A DNA stretch of 64,000 nucleotides from assembly GCA_000092065.1 (NCBI GenBank), contig CP000588.1. One strand, 5' to 3'. The translations under genes were made by a program, and so were the position numbers. The notes under the pieces were generated by a model, which saw nothing but the letters and a program-made list of their open reading frames with translations, did no database searches and was not told where the DNA came from. The stretch's first letter is position 1, and the number at the start of each line of letters is the position of its first letter. Positions 8,343 through 17,720 of the stretch are shown here, piece by piece. This DNA comes from Ostreococcus lucimarinus (taxonomy: Eukaryota).

Positions 8343-10568
8343 CTATGGGAAGTATCGCGTCGGCGTGGGTTTGGGTTTGGCCGGCGCTTGTTTGCTCTTC
8401 GGCGTCCACTCGCATGCGCTCGGCTCTGCCGCGTGCGCCTTCTTCTTTCCACCGGGCTTCCACTCGCACGCGGATCCCTGTGCGACGGCTCCATGCGCCG
8501 CCTTATGCTCGGCACGGTGCTTGATCTGCGTCTCGAGTGCCACACGGACGTTTTCATCCAAAACATGAGCCATTTTGCACATCTTCAGGAGCTCGTACGG
8601 TTCATCTTCAATCGGTCGATCGCGGTCCGCCGCAACCACGCATATGAAACCAAAAGGCTCCGTCGTGCCTGCCTTGCACCGAAGCTGGTGCGTATCACCC
8701 GGTGCGGTATACCCGACGTCACCCACCCCAAGATGGTAAGACTCCAGACCGAGCTGGATTTCGCCTTCCCCTCGAAGCACTACGACGACGTGTTCGTGTT
8801 GGTGGTGCTCGAGCGTCGTCCATCCACCCGGGGCAACTTCAAAGTAACGCACGTGGAAAACTGGACTCTCTCCTCGCTTTCCGATGAGTTCGATGCGTGA
8901 ACACTCCTTGAAACTCGCCCCATCCATCTTGTACATTTCCTGCGGTACGCGCTCCCACTGAAACTCTCCCTTCTTTCTATTGAGTACCTTGCTATGATTT
9001 CCGTCTAGCGGCCCCTCAGACGCGTGTTTAGTTCCATTTCTCTTCGCCTCGGCGTCCATCAGGCTCTTCACGAGCGTCGTCAGCTCGTCAACCTTAGACT
9101 CGAGCGCATAATTCTTCTCTTTAAGCGCGCTCATTTGAGCAACGGCTTCAGGGTCAAGGCCCACCGTCCACGGCGTCGACGGCGGCGCAGCCGGATACGT
9201 GCCGTGCGGAGTCAGAGGGTATGGGCTATGTGCACTCGAACTCTCGTCTACGAGTTTCAATCTGGGTCGCATGCCGCTTCCCGGGGTGAAAAGTCCGTTG
9301 CTGTAGTGCGTTGGCACGTGATAGCTGCCAGGTTGTGATTCTCGAGGCCCGTAGATGTCGGTGCGACCCGCCATAGTCAGGATGTGCCTCGCATTCGCCG
9401 TCAAGTCCGAGCTATGGCTGTATAGTGATCCACCGACGAGGAGTAAAACATCTTGACCGTACGTCTCCATCATCACTTTAACCTTGTCGAGCGTCATGCC
9501 GCCGCCCGGACTCGGTAAGATTGACGGGTGGTGCGCCAAGACTCGCCTGGCACCGTGAACAATGTCTTTGCACTCTTCAACACTGAAGCCAAACCGCCCG
9601 CCAAAGTTTGGGAAAATAGTCGCATCTGCACCAGCCAATCGCGGTAGCAACCCGAGCAGGACGCCATGAGCAAATCCGCGAATGGTGTTTTGGCTTCCGC
9701 CGCCGAGCATGGCGCCGAGAATAGCGGGGTGCGCGATGATGGGAAGCCCAAAATCGGGATCTTCTGCCAGCGCTCGCATGCTATCCAAACCCGTGATTCC
9801 TGGAATCATCAACACCGCCCCAGCACCCGCGGCCTTGGCGAACTTGGCGCGCTGTACGACCAAGTGCGCCGGAGCGTTGATGCACGGCGCGTAGATGCAC
9901 CGCCGTCCCGTCTCCGCGTTCGCCCGTTTCACCGCCGCCGCACACGCCCGCACGCGCTCCTCATACGGGGCGTACCGTTGATTCGCCAATCCATGATCAT
10001 CCTTTATGATGTCAATTCCCCCCTTCGCGAACGCGTACGCCATTTCCGCAAGTTTCTCGCTCGGCGTCCCCATCGGCTTGAGCGCCGTCATCACAATGGG
10101 TCCGCGTTCGACCCCGAGCAATTTCCTCAGCCCCTTCGCCCCGAACCTCGCTCCCGCGAACTTCCCTAGCATCGCATCCGAAAGTTCCACGTCTCGCACC
10201 ATCACCCGTTCCTTTATGCTCGTGTTCCCGAAGATGACGTTCACCAGCTGCGGCAACTCGCCGCCCGCGCAGTCGTCGGCGTACCGCACCTTGGCCCTGT
10301 ACACGTCCCCACTCGCGCCTTTCCCGCGCGCGTCCACCCCCGAAGCGCACCGCTCGATCGACACGCATTTTCCCACGACGTGCTCGTTGATCCACGTCCC
10401 CGGCGGGACGAGCGCTTCGGGTAACTCGACGGTTTGCTCGAGACACAGCGCGTCGACGATCTGTCGCGCCTCCGCGTTCGACGTCGCGTCGACGTCGTAC
10501 GTGACGTGAAAGCACGACGACGCGCCGTCGCGCGTTAACGAAGGCGTCGCCGGGGCGTCGCGTGGCAT
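8343..10568 (-). CDS. Form-IV RuBisCO-like protein (RLP) fused to a C-terminal cupin-2 domain
   Basis: Residues 1 to about 420 are a RuBisCO large-subunit homologue. The N-domain is followed by MTALKPMG...GGIDIIKDDHGLANQ, which is the KDDE-like carbamate-Lys region. The segment IPGITGLDSMRAL...PIIAHPAIL is also present. A coiled-coil linker follows. Residues about 560-670 form a cupin (GGWTTLEHHQHEHVVVVLRGEGE ... GYTAPGDTHQL). It is one ORF with no stop codon. Confidence 0.8.
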   Translation of the reverse strand: MPRDAPATPSLTRDGASSCFHVTYDVDATSNAEARQIVDALCLEQTVELPEALVPPGTWINEHVVGKCVSIERCASGVDARGKGASGDVYRAKVRYADDCAGGELPQLVNVIFGNTSIKERVMVRDVELSDAMLGKFAGARFGAKGLRKLLGVERGPIVMTALKPMGTPSEKLAEMAYAFAKGGIDIIKDDHGLANQRYAPYEERVRACAAAVKRANAETGRRCIYAPCINAPAHLVVQRAKFAKAAGAGAVLMIPGITGLDSMRALAEDPDFGLPIIAHPAILGAMLGGGSQNTIRGFAHGVLLGLLPRLAGADATIFPNFGGRFGFSVEECKDIVHGARRVLAHHPSILPSPGGGMTLDKVKVMMETYGQDVLLLVGGSLYSHSSDLTANARHILTMAGRTDIYGPRESQPGSYHVPTHYSNGLFTPGSGMRPRLKLVDESSSAHSPYPLTPHGTYPAAPPSTPWTVGLDPEAVAQMSALKEKNYALESKVDELTTLVKSLMDAEAKRNGTKHASEGPLDGNHSKVLNRKKGEFQWERVPQEMYKMDGASFKECSRIELIGKRGESPVFHVRYFEVAPGGWTTLEHHQHEHVVVVLRGEGEIQLGLESYHLGVGDVGYTAPGDTHQLRCKAGTTEPFGFICVVAADRDRPIEDEPYELLKMCKMAHVLDENVRVALETQIKHRAEHKAAHGAVAQGSACEWKPGGKKKAHAAEPSACEWTPKSKQAPAKPKPTPTRYFP

Positions 10569-10668
10569 GACGCGCGTCGTGCGCGTCGCGCGACGCGCAG
10601 TGACGATCGCGGCGAGGTTTCCCGCAGAACGCGACGACGACGTTCAGCGCGCGTCCATCGAGCGCGGC

Positions 10669-11814
10669 ATGCCGACGCGCGCGAAGAAGAAGCGCGCGAT
10701 CGACGACGACGACGACGCGTCGTCGTCCGCGATCGACGACGACGCGACGGGGGCGAACGAGGAAGAGGAGGCGGTGGTGGCGATGATGATGAATTCGCTG
10801 CAGCCGAATCCGAAGACGAAAACGACAGTCGCGCCGACGCCGAACGCGAGCGGAGGGAAGAAGAGCGATGATAAAATGACGGAGATTTACCTGGAGCTCG
10901 CCGCGCGGTTCGTGTTGAACGCGCCGCCGAGCGAAATCGAGGATTTCAATCGATTGATGTTTCTCATAGAGCAGGCGCACTGGTATTACATCGACTTTAC
11001 GTGCGAACAAGACGCGTCTTTGAGCGCGAGCATGGGTTTAAACGAGTTCGCCAAGGGGATGATCAGCAGCGTGGAGACGCTGAAGTCGCGAATCCCTGGA
11101 TTTAAGAATAATTTCGAGAAGTTTAAGTCGTATAAGTTTGCAATCCCGACGTGCGGCGCGGTGCTGTTGAATCCGACTATGGATAAATGTTTGATGGTTA
11201 GAGGGTGGGGCAGTCAGAATAAGTCGTTAGGATTTCCCAAAGGGAAGATGGATGCTAATGAGACCGAGGCAGAGTGCGCGGCGAGAGAGGTTGAGGAGGA
11301 GATCGGGGTGGACATTCGACAGTTCATAGTGGAGGAGGACAAGGTGGTGTTTATGCGAAAGCGGAAACCATCCGACAAGTTGGGTCAAAAGAACACGCTG
11401 TACTTGATTCAGGGGATCTCCGAAGAGACAAAATTCTTGACGCACACGCGAAAAGAAATATCGGACATCGTGTGGAACCCTCTCTGGATCTTTGATCAGC
11501 CCGAAGAAGCGTTGAAAAAGTTCAAAAACAAGTATGGGCAAATCTACCCGGCTTTACGGGACATCATGGCGTGGGTGAAGCAGAACAAGAAAAAGCACCC
11601 GAAGCCGCGAACGAATCAAGTAGCGGCGCCGCAATCGCCCGCCGCGGGACGCGCGGCGCCGATGTCTCTAGAAGATCTCGAAAACGAGCTCATGTCTGGA
11701 TACGACGACGAACCCGAGGACGACGAGCCCGCCAAGCCGCACAAGGCGTTCGAGGCGTTGACGAATTTCAAGTTCAACAAAGCACGTATCCTTCAGCCTT
11801 TCGTGCGTGGATGA
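10669..11814 (+). CDS. DCP2: mRNA-decapping enzyme Dcp2 (Nudix hydrolase)
   Basis: A Dcp2 N-terminal regulatory domain (IEDFNRLMFLIEQAHWYYIDF) is followed by a Nudix box GKMDANETEAECAAREVEEEIGVD. The ORF opens at 10567. The true start is uncertain; MPTRAKKK at 10669 is my choice. Confidence 0.75.
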   Translation: MPTRAKKKRAIDDDDDASSSAIDDDATGANEEEEAVVAMMMNSLQPNPKTKTTVAPTPNASGGKKSDDKMTEIYLELAARFVLNAPPSEIEDFNRLMFLIEQAHWYYIDFTCEQDASLSASMGLNEFAKGMISSVETLKSRIPGFKNNFEKFKSYKFAIPTCGAVLLNPTMDKCLMVRGWGSQNKSLGFPKGKMDANETEAECAAREVEEEIGVDIRQFIVEEDKVVFMRKRKPSDKLGQKNTLYLIQGISEETKFLTHTRKEISDIVWNPLWIFDQPEEALKKFKNKYGQIYPALRDIMAWVKQNKKKHPKPRTNQVAAPQSPAAGRAAPMSLEDLENELMSGYDDEPEDDEPAKPHKAFEALTNFKFNKARILQPFVRG

Positions 11815-11883
11815 GGAGGGATTCGCGTTGCTTTTGTACAGTACGCTGTAATTGATTCAAAACCTTCACCACACGTCGTCTCG

Positions 11884-13356
11884 TTGAGCGTCGCGCGCAC
11901 AGCCTCAGACGCCGGTGCGCTGGCGTCAAACATGTCCGACTTTGGGACGGAAGAGCTAAGTGCCCGCGGCGTTTGCGCGCAAGCTCGGCCGTTCTCGTAC
12001 TTCGACGCGTTCGTGAAGACGTTCAGCGACGCGTACGACCGCGAAAGTAACCCAGACGGTTACATAAACCTTGCCGTGGCACAAAACAACTTGACGGTTG
12101 ATTTGTTGCACGACAGATTTAATGACGCCCTCAAAGAGCTTTCACCGTCGACGACGGCGCAGTACGACGACATGAAAGGTAGCCACGCGATGCGATGCGC
12201 GATGGCGAGACACATGACCCGCAGGGTCGTCGCGGACGACTCCGTGGAAGCAGTGCGCGCGGAAGATTTGGTGCTGTCGAGCGGTGCGGGGGCGGTCATT
12301 GAAAATTTGGTGTTTTGCGTGTGCAATGAGGGCGATGGCGTGTTCATTCCGTCACCGTACTACCCCGCGTTTCCGAACGATTTGCGGGCACGATTAGGGG
12401 TGCAAACGGTGCCTGTGAGCTCGACTCGGTCGAGTGCGTCGCGCGGACAAGTTTGCTTGCCACAGGTTGGCGCGGATTATGACCAGGCCGCGCGCGGACA
12501 AGTTTGCTTGCCACAGGTTGGCGCGGATTATGACCAGGCCGCGCGCCGGCGAAATATCGAGGAGCGAAAGGATCTACATATGAAGATGATTTTGTTGTCG
12601 AATCCGAGCAATCCGCAGGGGATTATTTACTCGAGAGAGGACATGGAAGAGACCATTGTGTGGGCGGTGTCGCAGAAACTCCACGTCATTTCCGATGAAA
12701 TTTATGCGTGTTCAATCTTTGGCGAAGGAGGGCACGCCTTTGTGAGCGCGATCAGCATCGTGGAAAAACTGATCAAGGACGCACTCGATCGCGGTGACGC
12801 AGAATTCGCGCAAAATTGCAGGGATTACGTGCATGTTGTATACGGAATGTCCAAAGATTTCTGCGCAAGTGGTTACCGAGTCGGCGCGCTTTGGACTCAA
12901 AACGCCGGCATCCACAGAGCTTTGGATAATGTATCTTATTTTTGCGCAATTCCTGGACCAATGCAGCACGCTCTTGCGATCGTGCTCAATGACGACGAAT
13001 TTCTCGACGGTTTCTTTGAGGAGAATCGTAAGAGGCTGCGCAAGCAATACGCCACGGTGGCGGAGAGGATCGATGCCTCAGTCATCGAAATCGTCCCTAC
13101 TAGCGGCATGTTCGTGTACTTTAACCTTCGAAAATACTTACCAGAGATACAGCCCACGTACGAGGACGAGCACAGGCTCTGGAATCATATATATACCGAG
13201 GCCAAAGTGGTGCTCACTCCTGGCAAAGACTGCGCGAGCGATGAGCCGGGATGGTTCCGAATGTGCTTCGCCGCCGTCCCCGAACACACCTTGCGTCAGG
13301 CCATCGAACGCATCCGCGCTGCATTTGAGACCATACGCGATTCTTCTAGATGTTAA
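11884..13356 (+). CDS. ACC-synthase-like class-I/II PLP aminotransferase
   Basis: Motifs seen: SNPSNPQG, ISDEIYA, and YGMSKDFCASGYRVG (the PLP-Lys in an SxSK context). The overall architecture is ACS/aminotransferase. Confidence 0.8.
   Translation: MSVARTASDAGALASNMSDFGTEELSARGVCAQARPFSYFDAFVKTFSDAYDRESNPDGYINLAVAQNNLTVDLLHDRFNDALKELSPSTTAQYDDMKGSHAMRCAMARHMTRRVVADDSVEAVRAEDLVLSSGAGAVIENLVFCVCNEGDGVFIPSPYYPAFPNDLRARLGVQTVPVSSTRSSASRGQVCLPQVGADYDQAARGQVCLPQVGADYDQAARRRNIEERKDLHMKMILLSNPSNPQGIIYSREDMEETIVWAVSQKLHVISDEIYACSIFGEGGHAFVSAISIVEKLIKDALDRGDAEFAQNCRDYVHVVYGMSKDFCASGYRVGALWTQNAGIHRALDNVSYFCAIPGPMQHALAIVLNDDEFLDGFFEENRKRLRKQYATVAERIDASVIEIVPTSGMFVYFNLRKYLPEIQPTYEDEHRLWNHIYTEAKVVLTPGKDCASDEPGWFRMCFAAVPEHTLRQAIERIRAAFETIRDSSRC
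12441..12542 (+). repeat. Perfect 51-bp tandem duplication (2 x 51) inside the ACS-like CDS, in frame (RGQVCLPQVGADYDQAA x2)
   Basis: Two identical adjacent copies of gcgcggacaagtttgcttgccacaggttggcgcggattatgaccaggccgc, seen directly in the sequence. Confidence 0.9.
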
Positions 13357-13398
13357 TAGGTTTTGTGGTAAATTTGAGTTGCATCGCTAGCTTGAAAG

Positions 13399-16300
13399 TT
13401 GACGCCAACGCTCCTTTGTAGATGTCCCAATTGCCCTGCGGCGCGAACGCCACAGCATCGCGCGTCGATGTTAGTAACCGATCTCGCGTTCGCTCGTACG
13501 TCTCAAACGATGCATCACAACCGTCATCGCGCGCGATCCGGACGCTCGACGCGCTCAACGACGACGAATCGCGCGCGAACGCGCACGACGGTCCGGTCGG
13601 CGGCTCGAGCGCATTATCAAGACGGCGACGCGCACGCGGCGTCGCAGGAGGGTTACTACAGGTTCCCGGTGATCCGTGGTAACGAGTTGTTCTTCGTGTG
13701 CGAAGACGACGTGTACGCGACCACGATCTCGGGGCTCGATAAACGCGAGAGCGGCGCGGAGACGACGCCGCCGCGACGGCTGACGCAGGCGCACGGCGCG
13801 GTGCAGCGGTTAGTCGTCTCTCCCGATGGATCACGCGTCGCGTTCGCGTGCGCAGAGGATGGATACACCGAAATATACGTCGTGGACGCGCGTGGAGGTC
13901 CTATGAAACAGTTGACACACATGGGGGCTTCGTACGCGCGGGCGTGCTGCTTTTCAGAGGATGGTCGACGGGTGTACTTTACGTCGAGCGGGGCGACGGC
14001 GGAACCGAATGGAGACGAGCTTTGGGTGGTGGACTGCGATGGTGGAGCGCCAATGAGAATGAACCTCGGTCCAGTGCATGATTTCGACGTGCGCAACGTG
14101 AACGGGAAAGAATTGGTTGTCCTCGGTCGTAATACTGAAGACACGGCGACGAAACACTGGGACGGATACGCGGGCGGCGCCGGTGGAGAGATTTGGTATG
14201 GGACCTTAGATAATTTGCTGCGACTTGACTTGCGTCTTCCAAACGAGCGTTTGTTGCGAAATGTTGGCAACGTGTCGTGGTTTGACGACGAGCACGTCGC
14301 GTTCACGGAAGCGGGCGGGCGTTCGACAGCGTTCAAGGCTAAAATTGATACCAATGAATTCAACACTCGCATCGTAGATTGTCAAGGATTCAGTGACTCC
14401 ACAGCAGACAACGAAGACATTAAGTACTTTCCCGTGCGTCATCTGAGCATTGATGTCAGTAGGCAAAGAATCGTGTACACCAGAGGCGGGGATGTATTCG
14501 TGGCAGAAGTTGTAGGTGGCGAACATAAGTCACCTATAAGGTTGCCTATTGAGTGGCGTGGACCTCGTACACAGCTTGCAAAACGATTTGTTCACGCGGA
14601 TGATTGGATCGAAGACTGGGATTTACACCCAGAAGGCTTGACGATGATGGTTCTTGTTCGCGGCCAACCGTTCACGATGGGCATCTGGGATGGACCGGTG
14701 TTGAGTTATCCGCCAGCGACGAAACTGCGATCACCCCAAAGCTCAGTGATAGCACCACTGGCGTCTCTTGCACAAAAGAGTCAAGCGCGTGTCCGGCATG
14801 GGGCTTACTTGTACGACGGTGAACGTCTCGTTTTTGTATCGGACGCCAGTGGTGAGGAGGACATTGAAGTGCATTGGGAAGAAGCTGAGCGACCGGCAAA
14901 ACGATTAGGATTGCATCACGAGTTGCTTGGAAGAGTAGAACGCCTGATACCTAGTCCAGAGGCGCCATTGGTGGCGATCGTGAACCACAGAAACTCACTG
15001 TTGATAGTCAACGTTGAAACTGGGGAAATGCGAACGGCTGACACGTCGAGTGAAGTGGACGGAATCGACGATTTGACGTGGAGTCCTTGCGGGAATTGGC
15101 TCGCTTACACGTACTACTTAAACAACGAAAGATCCTGTATTCGCATTCTCGATGTTCGGAACGGAAAGGTGTTCGATGCCACAAACCCTGTGCTCGGAGA
15201 TCACTCACCTGCGTGGGATCCCGACGGCAAATATCTGTACTTTTTAGGATCTCGAGAACTCGAACCGGTGTACGATGCCGCCACGTTTGGCTTAAATTTT
15301 CCAACTGTTGAACGCCCTCATTTGATCATACTGCAAAAGGATTTACGTAATCCACTTCTCAAGGAGCTCAGACCGCCGTACGATACGGAATCGTCGTCTG
15401 GCTCTGACTATGACTCTGAAACAGATAGTGATGTGGGAAGAAAGATGGATAAACGAGGCAATGGAAGGGACTACATGCCTCGCAAGAAGCCAGTTGTGGA
15501 TAAGGATGATGATGGCAGCGACTGGTCAACTGTGGATGGAGACAGTGATGACCAAATCTTGTCGAGCGGCGACGAGGATGACGATTACGAATCAGACGCG
15601 TCATATTACCATGAAGACGCGCCCCCTGCGATTGAGATTCACATCGATGGCTTGACAGAAAGGGTAGTTGCGCTCCCAATGCCGATATCACGTTATGATT
15701 GCCTTTGCGGTCTTGAAGACGGACGATTTATGGTTGTTGAATACCCTCCGAGTCGCGGCTCTCCCGGAAGCGTTGGTTTGGACTACTCGTCCGATGAAGA
15801 TGATGACGGTTTGGGTTCCCTTATTTCTTACAGTATCCGAGATTTGCGTCGAAGTATCTTAATACACGGTGGCGTGAGCGAAGTGTCACTGTCGATGGAT
15901 CGCAAATGCATGGTTGTGGAAAAAGAGTCGGATGGATTCCTAGAGCTTCGCGTTTACAAAGCTGGCGTGCGGCCGGAGGAAGAAGGGAGCGACAGCGAAG
16001 AATTGGATCAAATGCGGTGCGATCGTAGGACTGGCTTGGTGAATCTAGATGGTCGCATTCGTGTACTAGTTGATCCTGCGAGAGAGTGGGCACAGATGCT
16101 CGGGGAAGTGTATCGTCGTCTTCGCGACGACCTCTGGACTGAGAAAATTTGGAATGAAACGATTGGCGATGACTGGGAAGTCATGTTTGAGGAGTATGTG
16201 AAAGTGCTTCCAAAAGTGAGTACGCGGACCGAGTTTGGGGATTTATTGCGTGAAATTGCCGCTGGCGTTTGTTACTCGCACGTGGCTATCACGTCTGGTG

Positions 16301-17574
16301 ATCCTGGACGCTCCCATCGCAGACACTCTGCTGGGTATCTCGGCGCTGACTTCACTTGGGACGGCAAAGTCGGCGGTTATCGCATCTTGAACATCGTGAA
16401 GGGTGACATATGGGACGACATGCGAGGTGGTGTGCTCAGCAAACCGGGCGTCAATATCCACGAGGGTGACATACTTCTCTCGATCGATAGAGTACCGCTC
16501 ACCGAAGATGTTCCGCCGGCTGCGTTGTTGATTGAGAAGGGTGGCGTTGAAGTTCTGTTGACGGTCAAAATTGATAGCGACGGCAAAGGTGGTATTGACG
16601 AAGCGCTCGACAGACTCATGCTGAAAAAACAAAAGAACAAGAAAAAGGACAAGAGAGATGACAACGCACCGAAGAAAGGTGATGTCATCCCGGTGCGTGT
16701 CCGAGCCATGCACTCTGAAATCGATGCGAGGTATCGCGATATGATTCAGAAGCGCACGGAGCGAGTCCACAGCCTGAGCGATGGCGTCGTCGGCTACTTG
16801 CACATTCCAGACATGGAAAGCACAGGGTACTCCGAATTTTGGCGTCACTATGCGTCTGAAGTTCGCAAGGGAAGCTTGATTCTCGACTTGCGAGGTAACA
16901 CAGGCGGACACATTAGTGAATTGTTGCTCGCTAAGCTCTCGCAGCGCGCATTGGCTTGGGACATCCCGCGACGCGGCGAGGTGCAAGTTTATCCATCCAA
17001 CACGCCTGGCCCGCTCGTGATGCTGGTCGATCAACGCACAGGCTCTGATGCTGAGCTCATGGCGGAATCTTTCAGAAAACTAGGTTTAGGACGAGTCGTT
17101 GGGATGCGCACTTGGGGTGGTTTGCTCGCCATCAACGGCGTCGCCGAACTCATCGATGGGTCCGAGTTGAGTTTGCCTTCACAAAATGTGCTCCTTGTCG
17201 ACGAGGCGAAGGGCGTAGACGCGAGATCCGACGCGACACAAGCGTACACGAACGCGGTGGAAAACCGCGGCGTCATTCCGGACGTCACAGTTGACATATC
17301 TCCCGCTGAATATTCTCGCCGCGAGGACCCGCAGCTCGACACCGCCGTGCGCGAGGCGTTGCAGTTACTCAAAGACACCGGCGCCGCCGGCGTCGCGACC
17401 TACCTTCGCAAGATCCGCGAGGACGAGACAACGGCCGCTGAATTAGAACGCAAACTGACGCGCAAACCTTGGTCGTTTTCCACGTGGGCGCCGCTTCCGC
17501 CGACCAAGGAGGAAGAAGAGAAGCAACTTCGAGCCAAGCGCCGCGCCGGGCGAAATAATATCCCGCGCCCGTGA
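13399..17574 (+). CDS. Tricorn-protease homologue (beta-propellers + PDZ + S41-type peptidase domain)
   Basis: The N-terminus YRFPVIRGNELFFVCEDDVYATTISG matches the tricorn N-terminus. Long propeller regions follow. The C-terminus carries ILDLRGNTGGHISE and TGSDAELMAESF (S41-like). Two low-complexity inserts are present: an acidic S/D-rich one near residue 660 and a K-rich one near residue 1080. The product may start at an internal Met (about 13468) after a presequence. Confidence 0.8.
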   Translation: MTPTLLCRCPNCPAARTPQHRASMLVTDLAFARTSQTMHHNRHRARSGRSTRSTTTNRARTRTTVRSAARAHYQDGDAHAASQEGYYRFPVIRGNELFFVCEDDVYATTISGLDKRESGAETTPPRRLTQAHGAVQRLVVSPDGSRVAFACAEDGYTEIYVVDARGGPMKQLTHMGASYARACCFSEDGRRVYFTSSGATAEPNGDELWVVDCDGGAPMRMNLGPVHDFDVRNVNGKELVVLGRNTEDTATKHWDGYAGGAGGEIWYGTLDNLLRLDLRLPNERLLRNVGNVSWFDDEHVAFTEAGGRSTAFKAKIDTNEFNTRIVDCQGFSDSTADNEDIKYFPVRHLSIDVSRQRIVYTRGGDVFVAEVVGGEHKSPIRLPIEWRGPRTQLAKRFVHADDWIEDWDLHPEGLTMMVLVRGQPFTMGIWDGPVLSYPPATKLRSPQSSVIAPLASLAQKSQARVRHGAYLYDGERLVFVSDASGEEDIEVHWEEAERPAKRLGLHHELLGRVERLIPSPEAPLVAIVNHRNSLLIVNVETGEMRTADTSSEVDGIDDLTWSPCGNWLAYTYYLNNERSCIRILDVRNGKVFDATNPVLGDHSPAWDPDGKYLYFLGSRELEPVYDAATFGLNFPTVERPHLIILQKDLRNPLLKELRPPYDTESSSGSDYDSETDSDVGRKMDKRGNGRDYMPRKKPVVDKDDDGSDWSTVDGDSDDQILSSGDEDDDYESDASYYHEDAPPAIEIHIDGLTERVVALPMPISRYDCLCGLEDGRFMVVEYPPSRGSPGSVGLDYSSDEDDDGLGSLISYSIRDLRRSILIHGGVSEVSLSMDRKCMVVEKESDGFLELRVYKAGVRPEEEGSDSEELDQMRCDRRTGLVNLDGRIRVLVDPAREWAQMLGEVYRRLRDDLWTEKIWNETIGDDWEVMFEEYVKVLPKVSTRTEFGDLLREIAAGVCYSHVAITSGDPGRSHRRHSAGYLGADFTWDGKVGGYRILNIVKGDIWDDMRGGVLSKPGVNIHEGDILLSIDRVPLTEDVPPAALLIEKGGVEVLLTVKIDSDGKGGIDEALDRLMLKKQKNKKKDKRDDNAPKKGDVIPVRVRAMHSEIDARYRDMIQKRTERVHSLSDGVVGYLHIPDMESTGYSEFWRHYASEVRKGSLILDLRGNTGGHISELLLAKLSQRALAWDIPRRGEVQVYPSNTPGPLVMLVDQRTGSDAELMAESFRKLGLGRVVGMRTWGGLLAINGVAELIDGSELSLPSQNVLLVDEAKGVDARSDATQAYTNAVENRGVIPDVTVDISPAEYSRREDPQLDTAVREALQLLKDTGAAGVATYLRKIREDETTAAELERKLTRKPWSFSTWAPLPPTKEEEEKQLRAKRRAGRNNIPRP

Positions 17575-17580
17575 CACCCT

Positions 17581-17585
17581 TGTAA
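17581..17585 (+). terminator. TGTAA putative poly(A) signal immediately after the tricorn stop
   Basis: TGTAA lies 7 nt downstream of the stop codon (17572-17574). Confidence 0.3.
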
Positions 17586-17720
17586 AAATCATCGCTCACG
17601 CGCGCGCGCGCACGATTTCATTCTATTTATTATTCGCATTAAAACACTCGCGCCCGCGACTCTCCGTCTCTCTCTAGCTCTGAACCCAATAATCCCGTCC
17701 CGCGTTTGTCCCGCGCGCAA

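Noticed and set aside
10012-11010. A 332-aa minus-strand ORF across the RLP/DCP2 boundary
   Set aside because: It is R/V/G-rich nonsense that runs antisense to the N-terminus of the RLP-cupin gene and across the DCP2 start.
12441-12542. Interpreting the 51-bp duplicated segment as an intron
   Set aside because: It lacks GT...AG boundaries and is in frame. The flanking protein sequence aligns to ACC-synthase-like enzymes as an enlarged loop.
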